The translations under genes were made by a program, and so were the position numbers. A DNA stretch of 64,000 nucleotides, from NCBI GenBank assembly GCA_035525875.1, contig DATLDM010000103.1:38105-102104 (forward strand), in the 5' to 3' direction. This document shows positions 20,055 to 29,185 of this stretch, piece after piece. Under the pieces are notes generated by a model. That model made no database searches and was not told where the DNA came from. It saw only the letters and a program-made list of their open reading frames with translations. Origin of the DNA: Aestuariivirga sp. (GTDB lineage: Bacteria; Pseudomonadota; Alphaproteobacteria; Rhizobiales; Aestuariivirgaceae). Within the stretch, counting starts at the first letter, position 1. Every line of letters starts with the position of its first letter.

Positions 20055-20987
20055 TTAGCCTTTCTTCACCGCCACCACGTGTTTCCCGAACGCATCAGTT
20101 GCCATAAGTTTTTTGCAGCGCTCGAAGCGGTTGATCGAATAGGCCCAGAAATCATCCACCGGATTCTTGTTGGCATGCTGGATGAGGCCCCATAGCGTCC
20201 ATAGCAAATCGCACATGGCCTTGTAGATCACAAAACGCCCCCGCTCCGCTGGCGTCGGCGTGCCATCAAAATAGGCGGCGATCATCTCTTCTTCCTGCGC
20301 CGTGTTGAATTGCCCCTCAACCGCCAAATCGCCCAGATCCCACAGCGGATCATTCATTCCCGAATATTCCCAGTCCACAATCCACATGCGCTTGCCCGTA
20401 TCGAGAAAATTCTCGCACAGCGGGTCACAATGGCAGGCCACCAGCGGCAGCTTGTGCGCCGAGAGCGCGCGCCGGACTGATTCCGCGTCTTTCACCACCT
20501 CTGCATAGCCATCCGGCAGGGAAATATCCTTTGTCGCCAGGATTTTCAGGTAGTCGTCAATCATCGCAAAAAGCTCAAAGCGGAAATTGAACTTGGCGCC
20601 TGAAGAATGGAGCTTCTTGAACGCCTCGCCCGCCCGCTTTGGCGAACCTTCGCGGGCTTTGAAATTCTCCGGCGACATGGTGACGCCATGGTCCACAAAG
20701 CGGGTGACCATCACACCCGTTTTCTCATCGAAATGAACCACGTCAGGGCTTACCTTGGCCTTCGCCGCCTCCCGCGCTGCATGGGCCTCGTTCTTGCGGT
20801 TGATGTATTCCTCCGTGCCCTTGCCCGGAATGCGCAGCACATATTGCTCGCCGTTGAGACTCACGAAGAACACCAGGTTGGTCAGCCCGCCCAAGCGCCT
20901 CACCTCGACGTCCGTGTCATCAAGGCACCAGAAGAGCTGAATCTGTTTCAACGCCTCCCGCGCCAGGCCTATGCCCTGATCATCCAT
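20055..20987 (-). CDS. Choline/ethanolamine kinase family phosphotransferase
   Basis: RLGGLTNLVF, LRIPG, CHCDPLCENF (Brenner motif), VDWEYSGMNDPLWDLGDL. Confidence 0.9.
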   Translation of the reverse strand: MDDQGIGLAREALKQIQLFWCLDDTDVEVRRLGGLTNLVFFVSLNGEQYVLRIPGKGTEEYINRKNEAHAAREAAKAKVSPDVVHFDEKTGVMVTRFVDHGVTMSPENFKAREGSPKRAGEAFKKLHSSGAKFNFRFELFAMIDDYLKILATKDISLPDGYAEVVKDAESVRRALSAHKLPLVACHCDPLCENFLDTGKRMWIVDWEYSGMNDPLWDLGDLAVEGQFNTAQEEEMIAAYFDGTPTPAERGRFVIYKAMCDLLWTLWGLIQHANKNPVDDFWAYSINRFERCKKLMATDAFGKHVVAVKKG

Positions 20988-21082
20988 AGCCCGTTTTGCC
21001 TTTCGATAAATCCCATAAATAACAGATGCTTATATAGGTCTTCTGAATCACATTATGAAGATCAAAAAAGTGGCCTATCGGC

Positions 21083-23494
21083 TCACGCTTTCAGCCTTTC
21101 CATCTTCGCATCATAAAGGCAGCGTGGCCCGCGCGCGGCGTTGTGGGCTTTACCAAAGGCTTCGATGACGAATTCCTTCTGATCGGCAATCTCCATCGGA
21201 AGATAGCCAAATGCGATGGTCTTACCGAGTGTATGCCCATAGCCAACACTCGTGGTCGAACCCACAACTTTGCCACCGTGGAAAATGGCTTCACCACCAT
21301 GCAGCGGCGCAAAGCCATCAATTGTGAAGGAGCAGAGCTTTCGCCTCAGGCCCGCGGCCTTGATTTTCACCAGCGCCTCACGTCCGATAAAATCGCCCTT
21401 CTCCAGCGCCACGCAAAACCCCAATCCTGCTTCATACGGATTGTAGTCCGGTGAAATGTCGCCGGACCAGTAGAGATAACCCTTCTCCATGCGGCAACTG
21501 TCAATCGCCCGGTAGCCCGCATTGGCCATGCCATGGGCCGCGCCCGCGGCCCACAACGTATCATAAACATGGGCGCTAAACTCCTGGGGAATGTAAAGCT
21601 CGTAACCAAGTTCGCCCACATAGCCCACGCGCACCGCCAGCACCGTTGCTTGACCCATCTCAATCCGTCGCACCCCGAAAAACGGAAGTGCTGCATTGGA
21701 AATATCCGAATCCGTCACCGATTGCAGGATGTCCCGCGAACGCGGCCCGCAGATATTGATCACCGCCATAGCGTTCGTGACCTCGCGGATCTGCACCGAG
21801 GACGGCAGATGCTTCGTCACCCAGCCGCTGTCGCGCACCCCGAAGCCAGAACCCGTGATCAGATAGAAATGCTCAGGGCCTACATGAACCAGCGTCACAT
21901 CCGCCTCGATACCGCCCTTCTCGTTGCAAAGCTGCGAGTAAACCGCTTTCCCCGGCGGGCCTGAAAGATCATTGGCCGCAATCCGCTGCAACGCCGCCTC
22001 GGTTCCAGCCCCCGAAATCTCAAATTTCGCAAACGACGTCTGGTCAATCAGCACGGCGCGTTCGCGGATGGCGCGGCATTCTTCAGCCACGTGAGAAAAC
22101 CAGTTCGGCTTGTCTTCAAAGGACGGAACATCAACCGGTTTAACACCCGCCGGGGCAAACCAGTTCGGCCGCTCCCAGCCCGCCCGCGAGCCAAACACCG
22201 CGCCGGCCCGTTTCAAGGTCTCATGCAGCGGCGAAAGCCTTAAGTTGCGCCCCGCCTGAGTTTCCTCAAGCGGCCAATGCACCTTGTAATAGGCCGCATA
22301 GGCTTCAATCGCCCGTGCCTCCAGATAACGCGGCTGCGCATGAACCCCACTGAACCGCCTCACATCGAAAGGCCAGAGGTCCATGCCCGCGTCGCCATGC
22401 AAAATCATGTTGGCCATCGCAAGGCCCGCCCCGCCCGATGCCGCAATGCCCGCCGTGAAGCCGCAGGCCACATAGAAATTATCAAGCTCCGGCGCCAGCC
22501 CCATGATCGGCTCGCCATCGGCCGAAACCGGAATGGGACCATTGATCACCGTCTGAATGCCCGTCTCGTTAAGCACCGGCAGGCGCTCTGATGCGGGCAA
22601 TGCAAAAAGCTCTAACCGCTCCATGTTGGGCGCAAATAGCTCCCGGCCAAAATCAAGTGGTGGAAGCCCACGATGGAAGCCGCGCGAGCCTTCTTCCCAG
22701 CCGCCAATGGCAAAGGAACCCGTATCAGGCTTCAGGTAGAAATTCTTGTCCGGATCGCGCAGCGTCGTAAGCCCCGCATCAAGCGACAGGGTTTTCTCCG
22801 TAAGAAAGTATTGGTGCTCCACGATGCCCGCCGCAAGCGCTACACCTGCCATGTTACCCACCCGCTTGGCCCAGAGCCCGGCACAGTTCACCAGGATGTC
22901 ACAGGCGATATTGCCCTTGTTGGTGACAACCCCAAGCGCCCGCCTCCCCTCAAGCACGATCTCCTCGACGCAAACCCGTTCCTCGATCCTCACCCCATAG
23001 GCCCGCGCCCCCTTGGCATAGGCCATGGTCAGCGAATAGGGATCGATATAACCGTCTCCCGGAATATAGGCGGCCCCCTCTATGCCATCGGTAGTGATAT
23101 AGGGAAAAAGCTTCTTGGCCTCAGCCGCCGACAGCGATTGGCACTCAACCCCAAAGCTCTTGGCTTGCCCCATGGACCGTTGAATTTCGCTCCACCGCGC
23201 CGCACTTGAAGCAAGGCGCAGCGATCCCACTTTCTTCCATGAAATGTGTTGTCCCGTTTCCGCTTCCAGCCGGTCGAACACCGCTACGGAATTCTGCATC
23301 AATCGCGTCAGGTTTTTCTTGCCGCGCAGCTGGCCCACAAGCCCCGCCGCATGCCAGGTGCAGCCCTCGGTGAGCTGGGCCTTTTCAACCAGCAAAACCT
23401 CCTTCGCCCCGTCTCGCCCCAAGTGATAGGCCAATGATGTGCCGATGGCCCCGCCGCCAATAATCAGTATACGGACGTGTTTATCCCAGTTCAT
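21083..23494 (-). CDS. GcvT-family FAD-dependent oxidoreductase (dimethylglycine/sarcosine dehydrogenase-like)
   Basis: IIGGGAIG, TWHAAGLVG, GWERPNWF, DQTSFAKF, YVGELGYEL, RMEKGY; FAD domain plus THF-binding T-protein domain. Confidence 0.92.
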   Translation of the reverse strand: MNWDKHVRILIIGGGAIGTSLAYHLGRDGAKEVLLVEKAQLTEGCTWHAAGLVGQLRGKKNLTRLMQNSVAVFDRLEAETGQHISWKKVGSLRLASSAARWSEIQRSMGQAKSFGVECQSLSAAEAKKLFPYITTDGIEGAAYIPGDGYIDPYSLTMAYAKGARAYGVRIEERVCVEEIVLEGRRALGVVTNKGNIACDILVNCAGLWAKRVGNMAGVALAAGIVEHQYFLTEKTLSLDAGLTTLRDPDKNFYLKPDTGSFAIGGWEEGSRGFHRGLPPLDFGRELFAPNMERLELFALPASERLPVLNETGIQTVINGPIPVSADGEPIMGLAPELDNFYVACGFTAGIAASGGAGLAMANMILHGDAGMDLWPFDVRRFSGVHAQPRYLEARAIEAYAAYYKVHWPLEETQAGRNLRLSPLHETLKRAGAVFGSRAGWERPNWFAPAGVKPVDVPSFEDKPNWFSHVAEECRAIRERAVLIDQTSFAKFEISGAGTEAALQRIAANDLSGPPGKAVYSQLCNEKGGIEADVTLVHVGPEHFYLITGSGFGVRDSGWVTKHLPSSVQIREVTNAMAVINICGPRSRDILQSVTDSDISNAALPFFGVRRIEMGQATVLAVRVGYVGELGYELYIPQEFSAHVYDTLWAAGAAHGMANAGYRAIDSCRMEKGYLYWSGDISPDYNPYEAGLGFCVALEKGDFIGREALVKIKAAGLRRKLCSFTIDGFAPLHGGEAIFHGGKVVGSTTSVGYGHTLGKTIAFGYLPMEIADQKEFVIEAFGKAHNAARGPRCLYDAKMERLKA

Positions 23495-25938
23495 GATTTC
23501 ACGCGTTGATTCAAACTGTCATATATTGGCTGCAAGTGTATGTTTGCCCTCACGATTTCCTTGGCCACCACAAGCTCGTAACGGCCAGCTTCGAGATAGG
23601 CCTCGTCAACCCCATCAGCATTTCGCACATAACCAAAGCCCACCGGTTTTCCAATCGTGTAGCCATAGCCGCCGCTGGTGAGATAGCCCGCAAACGCGCC
23701 GTTGCGCAGGATTGTTTCCCGCCCCGAAAGCACGATGTCCTCGCGCTCCGTAGTGAAGCCCGCCAGCATTTTTGTGAGCGGCGCTTGCGCAATTTTTTCA
23801 ATCGCCTCGCGGCCCAAAAACCCTTGGTTGCTTTTCATCTTTACTGCCCAGCCCAGCCCCGCATGCAGCGGTGTGTCGTTGGGCGTAATGTCGGAGCTCC
23901 AGGCCCGGTAGCCCTTCTCAAGCCGCAGTGATTCCAGCGCCCGGTAGCCCACAGGCGCAATGCCATGCTGCTTGCCCGCCGCCATCAAGGCATCGAACAC
24001 CTCGCCCGTGACGGCAATGGGCATGTGCAGCTCCCAGCCCAGCTCGCCCACATAGGTCACGCGCAGCGCCCGCACCCCTTGGCCCGCGATCTCAATTTCG
24101 TGCGCCTCGCCGAATTTGAACGCCGCATTCGACATATCAGCTTTTGTTACAGCTTGAATCACTGCCCGCGACTTCGGCCCCATGACCGAAAGCGTCCCAT
24201 ACTGTTCGGTGATGTCGGTCAGCTTCGCCTCAAGCCCCGGCTTGAAGTGATCCTCGATCCAGGCAAAGTCATGGGTCCGGAAGCCAGTGCCGGTCACGAT
24301 GTAGAAATGATCCTCCGCCAGCCGCGCTACCGTCAGGTCGCACTCGATGCCGCCGCGCGAATTCAGCATCTGCGTATAGGTGAGCTTGCCCACTGGCCGC
24401 GCCACGTTATTGGCGCAAATCCAGCCCAGCGCCTCCTCCGCGTCTTTCCCCCGCAACTCATACTTGGCAAAGGACGACTGGTCGAACACGCCCACCCGCT
24501 CACGCACGCAGCGGTGCTCCTCGCCCACCGCCGCAAACCAGTTCTGCCGGCCCATGGTGTAAATGTCGCGCGCCTCTTCGCCTGCGGGCGCAAACCAGTT
24601 GGGCCGTTCCCAGCCCAGCTTCGACCCAAAGCAGGCGTTGAGTTTTTTCAAGCGGTCATAAAGTGGCGACACAATGCGCGGCCTCCCCGATTGATATTCC
24701 TCGTGGGGAAAACCGATGGTGTAATGCTTGCCATAGGCTTCAAGCGTGCGTTCTGAAGTCCAGGTGCGGTCCTTGTGCAAATCCGAGAAGCGGCGGATAT
24801 CAACCACCCATAAATCCATGGGCGCTTCATCCCGCGCAACCCAGTCAGCCAATACCCAGCCTGCCCCGCCGCCAGAGGCAATGCCAAAAGCATTGAAGCC
24901 TGCGCCTACATAAAAGTTTTTTAGCTCCGGTGCCGCGCCCAAAATAAAGTTGCCATCCGGCGTAAAACTTTCCGGCCCGTGGATCATTTTCTTGATGCCG
25001 GTATTTTCAAGCGCCGGCACGCGCACCAGCGCTTCGGTCATGTGCTGCTCGAAATGATCCCAGTCATCTTCAAATAATTGGAATTCGAAATTGTCGGGCA
25101 CATCCTCTTGCGTCCAGGCAATGGGGTTCGGCTCATAGCCGCCGAACACCAGCCCGCCCACCTCCTCCTTGAAATAGGTGCGCCGGTCCGGATCGCGGAT
25201 GGTCGCCGCATCAGCCGCAAGCCCCGCCACCTTTTCGGTAATCACATATTGATGTTTCACCGGCTGCAGCGGAACGCTCACCCCAGCCATGGCCCCAATC
25301 TGCCTCGCCCATTGCCCGCCGCAATTCACCACCTTCTCGCAAACAATCTTGCCTTGAGTGGTGTTCACGGCAATCACGCGGCCATCCTTGATATCAAACG
25401 AGGTCACCCGCGCCCCTTCAATAAGCTTCGCGCCATGCATGCGGGCACCCTTGGCAAGCGATTGCGCAATGTCGGAAGGTGAAGCCTGCCCGTCTGTCGG
25501 CAGGAATGAGGCGCCGACCAGATCGTCAATGTTGAGCAGCGGCCACATCTTCTTCACCTCGGCAGGCGAAAGCAGATGCATCTCCATGCCGAAACTCTGC
25601 GCCGTGGTGGCCAGCCTTTTGTATTCAATCCAGCGGTATTCATTGTTGGCCAGCCGCAGGCAGCCCGTCATTTTCCAGCCCGTGGCAAGCCCCGTCTCCG
25701 CATCGAGCTTCTTGTAAAGCTCCACCGAATATTTCAGCACCTGTGTAATTGACGCAGAAGAACGCAACTGCCCGACGAGTCCTGCTGCATGCCAGGTGGA
25801 ACCGGACGTGAGTTTGTTCTGCTCAAGCAGAACCGCATTCAATTTGTGGTCCTTCGCCAGATGATACGCCGTCGAGCAGCCGATAATGCCGCCGCCGATA
25901 ACCACGACATCCGCCTGGGTGGGAAAATTCTGTGTCAT
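23491..25938 (-). CDS. GcvT-family FAD-dependent oxidoreductase (dimethylglycine/sarcosine dehydrogenase-like), second paralogue
   Basis: VIGGGIIG, GSTWHAAGLVG, GPESFTPD, GWERPNWF, YVGELGWEL, RLEKGY. Confidence 0.92.
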   Translation of the reverse strand: MTQNFPTQADVVVIGGGIIGCSTAYHLAKDHKLNAVLLEQNKLTSGSTWHAAGLVGQLRSSASITQVLKYSVELYKKLDAETGLATGWKMTGCLRLANNEYRWIEYKRLATTAQSFGMEMHLLSPAEVKKMWPLLNIDDLVGASFLPTDGQASPSDIAQSLAKGARMHGAKLIEGARVTSFDIKDGRVIAVNTTQGKIVCEKVVNCGGQWARQIGAMAGVSVPLQPVKHQYVITEKVAGLAADAATIRDPDRRTYFKEEVGGLVFGGYEPNPIAWTQEDVPDNFEFQLFEDDWDHFEQHMTEALVRVPALENTGIKKMIHGPESFTPDGNFILGAAPELKNFYVGAGFNAFGIASGGGAGWVLADWVARDEAPMDLWVVDIRRFSDLHKDRTWTSERTLEAYGKHYTIGFPHEEYQSGRPRIVSPLYDRLKKLNACFGSKLGWERPNWFAPAGEEARDIYTMGRQNWFAAVGEEHRCVRERVGVFDQSSFAKYELRGKDAEEALGWICANNVARPVGKLTYTQMLNSRGGIECDLTVARLAEDHFYIVTGTGFRTHDFAWIEDHFKPGLEAKLTDITEQYGTLSVMGPKSRAVIQAVTKADMSNAAFKFGEAHEIEIAGQGVRALRVTYVGELGWELHMPIAVTGEVFDALMAAGKQHGIAPVGYRALESLRLEKGYRAWSSDITPNDTPLHAGLGWAVKMKSNQGFLGREAIEKIAQAPLTKMLAGFTTEREDIVLSGRETILRNGAFAGYLTSGGYGYTIGKPVGFGYVRNADGVDEAYLEAGRYELVVAKEIVRANIHLQPIYDSLNQRVKS

Positions 25939-26816
25939 GTCTTTCCAAACTTTGCATTGAAATCTGCCAGCATGTTCTCATAACGCCCGAGATATTCGCG
26001 GGCGTAAGCCACATAATCCACACCCGGCGCATTGAGATGAATTTCCGAAACCATGCCCCACACGGCTTCGCGCAAAGCACTGGCGGTTTTCATCGCGTAA
26101 AACGAACGCAATAACGCCTGGTCAGGCGCGCGCTCGAAATAACGCGTCAGCAAATCCTTCTCCGCCTGTTCGGTAAATTGATTGTTGGAAGCGATATTGG
26201 CGAGATCGAACATCGCCGTGCCGAAGCCGCCATATTCCCAGTCAATCAGCCACAGCCGTTTTCCATCATCCATGAAATTTGTCGGCAGCAGGTCGTGATG
26301 GCCGAAAATAATCGGCAGCGGCACCTGCGCTTTTTCCAATCGCTCCACTTGCGCCATCCAGCGCGGAATGTCGGGCACATGACGGTGCTTCCCGGCGGTG
26401 ATGGTGTGGGCGTAATCGCGCAGCACATGGAACACCCAGAAAATATTGGCGCGGCCCGAAATGCGCTTGCCCATTTCCTTGTGGCAGCGCTTCACAATAT
26501 CGACGCAAGGCCCGGCGTTCTCCCGCACATTAGCCTCCCCATAGGTGCGCGCCTCAATAAAGCGCACCACCATGATGCCGGGTTCCGTATAGACAACCTC
26601 CGGCGACAGCCCCGCCTCAAACGCAGCTTGGCTCGCGATGACTTCCGCCTCGCGGAACACATGGTGGAAGGGATAATCCTCGCCGACCCGGGCCACAAAT
26701 TTGCCGGTTCGGTCCTCAACCGTGAAACTGGCGTTGCTCACGCCCCCCTTGAGCGGAACTAACTCAATAGGCCCTGTCCAGCACGGCAGTCCCCGAACCC
26801 TGTCTTCTGCAGGCAT
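25935..26816 (-). CDS. Choline/ethanolamine kinase family phosphotransferase, second paralogue
   Basis: LKGGVSNASF, GHHDLLPTNF, IDWEYGGFG...FDLANI. Confidence 0.9.
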   Translation of the reverse strand: MPAEDRVRGLPCWTGPIELVPLKGGVSNASFTVEDRTGKFVARVGEDYPFHHVFREAEVIASQAAFEAGLSPEVVYTEPGIMVVRFIEARTYGEANVRENAGPCVDIVKRCHKEMGKRISGRANIFWVFHVLRDYAHTITAGKHRHVPDIPRWMAQVERLEKAQVPLPIIFGHHDLLPTNFMDDGKRLWLIDWEYGGFGTAMFDLANIASNNQFTEQAEKDLLTRYFERAPDQALLRSFYAMKTASALREAVWGMVSEIHLNAPGVDYVAYAREYLGRYENMLADFNAKFGKT

Positions 26817-26969
26817 GTGGCCTTCTCCCTTCCCCGAAATGAAGCCTTTTGAAGCTCGGAGGTCAACTGCGATGTTGCTTTATGTGGCAATTCTGAATCA
26901 TTTGTGTGGTTTAATGACCGAAATATCAACATAATTGCCAAAAACCACAAAGTGTGGTCAAAACCGTCC

Positions 26970-27740
26970 ATGGCCACCGGACTCAGCAAGCGCCAAACCC
27001 AGATTCTCAGCCTCGTCCGCGAGCAGGGAACCTGCTCCGTCGCCGATTTGGCCAAGGCCTTGGACGTTTCCTTTGAAACCGTCCGCCGCGATATCAAGCC
27101 CCTGGTCGACTCCCGCGAGGTCTCGCGCCGTCATGGCTCCATCGCTCTGCCCCATGAATTGGGCGAAGCCCCGTTCGAGCGCCGCCTCCGCGAGCATTTC
27201 GCCGCCAAGCGCGCCATCGCGCGCCGCGCCGCACGGCTGATCGAGGATGGCGACAGCCTGATGCTCGACACCGGCACCACCACCAGCATTTTCGCCCGCG
27301 AACTCCTCAAAAAACGCAATCTCACCGTTGTCACGAACTCCTCCGATATCGCCCGCACTCTGGCCACCGTGAACGGCAACCGGGTTTATATGGCAGGCGG
27401 CGAATTGAACGGCTCCAATGGCGCGGCCTTTGGCCCATCCGCCATCGCCTTTGCCGCAAGCTTCCATGTCCGCCACGCCATCATCTCGATTGGCGCGCTG
27501 GATGCGGACTTTGGCCCCTCCGACAGCTATCTCGCCGAAGCCGAATTTGCCCGCATGGTGCTGTCGCGCGGCGAAACGCGCGTGATGCTGTCCGATGCTT
27601 CGAAATTCGGCCGCACCGCGCTGATCAAGGTCTGCGACTTCAAGGACCTCAATCGCCTCATTACCGATGCCATTCCCGATGCTAAGCTTGCCGCCGTGCT
27701 GCAGGAGGCTGGCGTCAGCGTGAATGTTGTGGCGCGTTGA
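26970..27740 (+). CDS. DeoR/GlpR family transcriptional regulator
   Basis: SVADLAKALDVSFETVRRDI HTH; AKRAIA, LDTGTTT, VVTNS, DASKFG. Confidence 0.93.
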   Translation: MATGLSKRQTQILSLVREQGTCSVADLAKALDVSFETVRRDIKPLVDSREVSRRHGSIALPHELGEAPFERRLREHFAAKRAIARRAARLIEDGDSLMLDTGTTTSIFARELLKKRNLTVVTNSSDIARTLATVNGNRVYMAGGELNGSNGAAFGPSAIAFAASFHVRHAIISIGALDADFGPSDSYLAEAEFARMVLSRGETRVMLSDASKFGRTALIKVCDFKDLNRLITDAIPDAKLAAVLQEAGVSVNVVAR

Positions 27741-27847
27741 TAAATGCCGCAGGGCAGCCATGAATTATGTATAGAAAGAAATAAGCCGGTTGACCAAAAC
27801 GCATGGAACAGGCCAAACTGGCGCGGGAACTCAAAAACAGGTGAATA

Positions 27848-28708
27848 ATGCGATACGAAGCACCGGAAACACTTAAATCGGCCGTCACGATGCTGGCCAA
27901 GGAAAAGGGCCTGGCCTTTGTCCTCGCGGGAGGAACGGACCTGCTGGTCAAAATGAAAGGCGGCTTCCTGGAGCCTGACCTAGTCGTTGATATCAAGCGC
28001 ATCAAGGGTGTCTTTGACATCACCAAATCCGCCACCGGATTCAAGATCGGCGCCGCCGTTCCGGGAGTTGCTCTCGGTGAACATGCAGCCCTGGTGAAAG
28101 CCTGGCCCGGCATCGTTGAAGGGGCAAATCTCATCGGCTCCAAGCAGGTGCAGGGCCGCTGCACCATGGTCGGCAATCTGTGCAACGGTTCGCCCGCTGC
28201 TGATGGCGTGCCGGCCCTCATTGCCGCCAATGCCAAGGTTGTGATTTCCGGCCCCAAGGGCAAGCGCACCATTCCGGTCGAACAGGTTCCGGTGTCGCCG
28301 GGTCGCATTTCGCTCAAGAAGGGCGAGATCATCGAAGCCATTCTGCTGCCCAAGCGCCCGGCAAATTCCAGCGATGCCTATCTGCGTTTCATTCCACGCA
28401 CCGAAATGGATATCGCCGTGGTCAGCGCCGCCGTCAATCTTACGCTTGATGGCAAGGGCACGATCAAGGATGCCCGCGTTGTTTTGGGCGCGGTCGCTCC
28501 AACGATCATCGTGGTCCCCGCCGCCGCAAAAGCCCTGATCGGCTCGAAGCTTGATGCCGCGGCGCTGGCGAAACTCGCCGCCGCCTGCTCCGCCGCCTGC
28601 AAGCCCATTGATGACAAGCGCGGCACCATCGAATTCAGAACCAAGGTTGCCGGCGTCCTTGCGCGCCGCGCCGCAGAAATCGCGTACAAGCGCGCAGGAG
28701 GAAAATAA
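27848..28708 (+). CDS. Molybdenum hydroxylase FAD-binding (medium) subunit
   Basis: LAGGTDL, TMVGNLCNGSPAAD, PIDDKRGT. Confidence 0.92.
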   Translation: MRYEAPETLKSAVTMLAKEKGLAFVLAGGTDLLVKMKGGFLEPDLVVDIKRIKGVFDITKSATGFKIGAAVPGVALGEHAALVKAWPGIVEGANLIGSKQVQGRCTMVGNLCNGSPAADGVPALIAANAKVVISGPKGKRTIPVEQVPVSPGRISLKKGEIIEAILLPKRPANSSDAYLRFIPRTEMDIAVVSAAVNLTLDGKGTIKDARVVLGAVAPTIIVVPAAAKALIGSKLDAAALAKLAAACSAACKPIDDKRGTIEFRTKVAGVLARRAAEIAYKRAGGK

Positions 28709-29184
28709 TGTCTGGCGTTCACGTAACCACTACCATTAACGGGGATGCCGTTGAGTTCGTCTGCAATGCCGATGAGCCGCTGCTCGACGTGCTGCGCAAC
28801 CGTTTGGGCATGACCGGCGCCAAGGAAGGCTGCGGCACTGGGGATTGCGGCGCCTGCAGCGTCACCATCAATGGCCGCCTCGTCTGCTCCTGCCTCGTGC
28901 TCGGCGCTGAAATCCAGGGCGCCAAGGTTGGAACCATCGAAGGCATGGCCAAGGGCGACAAGCTTCATCCCCTGCAGCAAAACTTCATCTCCCATGCCGC
29001 CCTTCAATGTGGCATTTGCACCCCGGGCTTTTTGATCGCGGCCAAGGCGCTGCTCGACAAGAACCCGGATCCTTCCGAAGAGGAAATCCGCTTTGGCCTG
29101 GCCGGCAATCTCTGCCGCTGCACCGGCTACGATAAAATTGTTCGCGCCGTTCAGGCCACCGCAAAAGAAATGAGAGGAGCTTAA
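28708..29184 (+). CDS. Molybdenum hydroxylase 2x[2Fe-2S] (small) subunit
   Basis: KEGCGTGDCGACSV, QCGICTPG, GNLCRCTGY. Confidence 0.95.
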   Translation: MSGVHVTTTINGDAVEFVCNADEPLLDVLRNRLGMTGAKEGCGTGDCGACSVTINGRLVCSCLVLGAEIQGAKVGTIEGMAKGDKLHPLQQNFISHAALQCGICTPGFLIAAKALLDKNPDPSEEEIRFGLAGNLCRCTGYDKIVRAVQATAKEMRGA

Positions 29185-29185
29185 C

